A stretch of DNA of 64,000 nucleotides, taken from positions 19,034,001-19,098,000 of the forward strand of contig CM022665.1 in NCBI GenBank assembly GCA_012295275.1, written 5' to 3'. Origin of the DNA: Chrysomallon squamiferum (Eukaryota > Animalia > Mollusca). Positions 62,200 through 64,000 of the stretch are shown piece by piece (the stretch's first letter is position 1; each line of letters opens with the position of its first letter). Below the pieces are notes generated by a model, which was given only the letters and a program-made list of their open reading frames with translations, had not been told where the DNA came from and did no database searches. Both the position numbers and the translations under genes were made by a program.

Positions 62200-63218
62200 A
62201 TTTGTCGCATTTTTATCCTAATTTTAAAAGATGTCCAACGGCATCCAAGAACAGAATGGGTGTTTTCTGGCCAAGGGTTAGCTGTGACATCAGACTCACG
62301 AGTTTATTTACCGTCTGTTTATAAACTCTCTTTCTTGGTGGTGGGGCGTATCCAAAGTTTATCCGTCTCAATTTCTATTCCTTTTATCAATTCTACAAAT
62401 CTGTATATATTTGGATTTGGATGGTGAAGTTGAACTGACTGGTTCATTCTGGAATGAAAAATCTCCAGATTATTGTTTGTTCTGGAGCCGGTGGTTGGAT
62501 GATGGTTCCACAAAATCAACGGAAATCTGGCACTATCATCGTCTATCCGTGTAGAAACCACATAATCATTTAATGTCTCCGCCTGTGGAACATCAAGTCC
62601 GTTATCCGTGGCTTGAAACCAAGCATTCTGCTGCACTTGTGCAGTTGGCAGAAGTGGTAGTCCAGCAGCCCTCCGAATCCATGTCTGTACATCTGGTTCA
62701 TCGTTATACAGAACAGCAAGACCTAGATATTGGGTTTTCGTTTTCCTCAGCTTGTGGAAATTCAGCTTCAACTGCCTGGATTGCAGCCACCTCAAAGTCA
62801 GTCGGACTTTTAATTTCAGAAAGAGGTCGGTTTAATGATTTTAGTACATGATTCTTCAACAAACTGAACAGTCCACTGTATGTTATCCTGTGTTTGTCGG
62901 GAAGCAAAGCAAATACAAGGGAATACGTAGTGGTTCCGTCCATAGCATATGGATGATATATAACTGGTTCCACAATGCTGGACAAGAAGAGAAACTTCCG
63001 TCCATAAAAATGGAATCTGCAGCCTGTAGAGCTACGATTTGCTCATCTGTAGAAAACACAAGCATGTTATTTTCATTTCCATCGCTAAATAAAAAGTAGC
63101 GTCTTCCGTTATTTGTCTTTGTCCATAGTTCTTCAATGACAAATACAAATCTGTCCAGTATTATTTGTGGTTTACCTTTTTGTGACTGAACAAATTCTAC
63201 CCTTCTAAGATCAGCCAT
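62200..63218 (-). mobile_element. Decayed MULE transposase pseudogene
   Basis: Three frameshifted pieces: SQKGKPQIILD (FLYWCH start) and FMDGSFSSCPALWNQLYIIH (first D); VFALLPDK and TDFEVAAIQAVEAEFP (second D); FPLILWN...RTNNNLEIFH...HPNPNIYRFVELIK (E region). Element ends not resolved. Confidence 0.9.
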
Positions 63219-64000
63219 GGCTATAAAATGTGAGTCTGTTTTTGGTAGCTACATGTAGTTAATGTATAAGAACTTTTATTTGTTATGTCTGTGATTAGCT
63301 ATGGTTTAAATGTATGATGAGTGAAATAAAAGACTTTGGTCGTCAGAGACATAATAATTATTAATATAAAAACAATGTCTTACTGAAGTGAAATGAACTG
63401 AATACGGATGTTGCAGTGCAGAAGCCCAACAGCTAAACTCTAAAAACATGGACCTCATAAACACAGATCTTTACATTGGTTAATTCCGTTTAGCAGATTA
63501 CAATCAAGTTCTCCTAGTTGTTTGTATGGAACCGGTAGATATTACAACAACAACAAGCTGTAAGTTGCTGAACAGACTGGAGCAGTACCACTAAAGCAGT
63601 CGGGGGTGTACAGGATACATTACATGAGCCAATAAAAAGTTTTGTCTCTCAAATGGCATGTCTGCATTATGGGATGTCTGTCTTTTGGGAGGGAACACTT
63701 AATTCATGTGTTGCCAATCTTAATTCCATCTCTGGTGTCAACAATTAACCCACAATCGTTGCAGATTCCGCTTGAATGTGATTTGACAATTAAAGGCACT
63801 GAACCAGTTAAAGTCACTAATTTCATGCCGTAAAGTTTAAATCATTAGCATATTTGTTTCTCAGTCAATCTTTGTCATTACTAGCACAAACTGTAAAATG
63901 TAAACTGTAATAAAGTTCAGAAAATACTGTTCTCCGTCTGTATCTCTTTGTTTTTCCTTTTTCTTCTGTGTAATTTCATCTATGTCGCTTATCTGTCTTG

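Noticed and set aside
57802-63218. MULE ORFs as domesticated or active transposases
   Set aside because: Both have frameshifts and deletions of essential parts: the two catalytic Asp regions in one, and most of the FLYWCH and CxxH regions in the other.
61337-63620. Termini for the 62-63 kb MULE (GATTCTA at 61337; GGATAC at ~63613)
   Set aside because: Only partial resemblance to the other elements' ends and no matching 9-bp TSD.

Overview
AT-rich, microsatellite-dense animal genomic DNA. A mollusc, possibly a gastropod, is inferred from composition and repeat style. The + strand carries a spliced deoxyribose-phosphate aldolase gene (DERA): seven coding exons at 2607-6002, first exon not found, and one intron with a non-canonical GC donor. 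The - strand carries two unrecognised, intronless-CDS genes of ~615 aa (10642-12483 and 22204-24063). Both look disordered, share collinear short motifs and an upstream DNA motif, and may be ancient tandem paralogues. A decayed, internally deleted Gypsy LTR retrotransposon lies between them. The remaining ~40 kb has no recognisable host CDS. It contains a nested transposon stack at 28.5-33.8 kb, three decayed Mutator-like (MULE) elements, a Tc1 fragment, SINE-like remnants, many microsatellites, and a chain of exon-like units on the - strand. No rRNA, tRNA or CRISPR array was seen. Family assignments come from motif recognition only; no searches were run.
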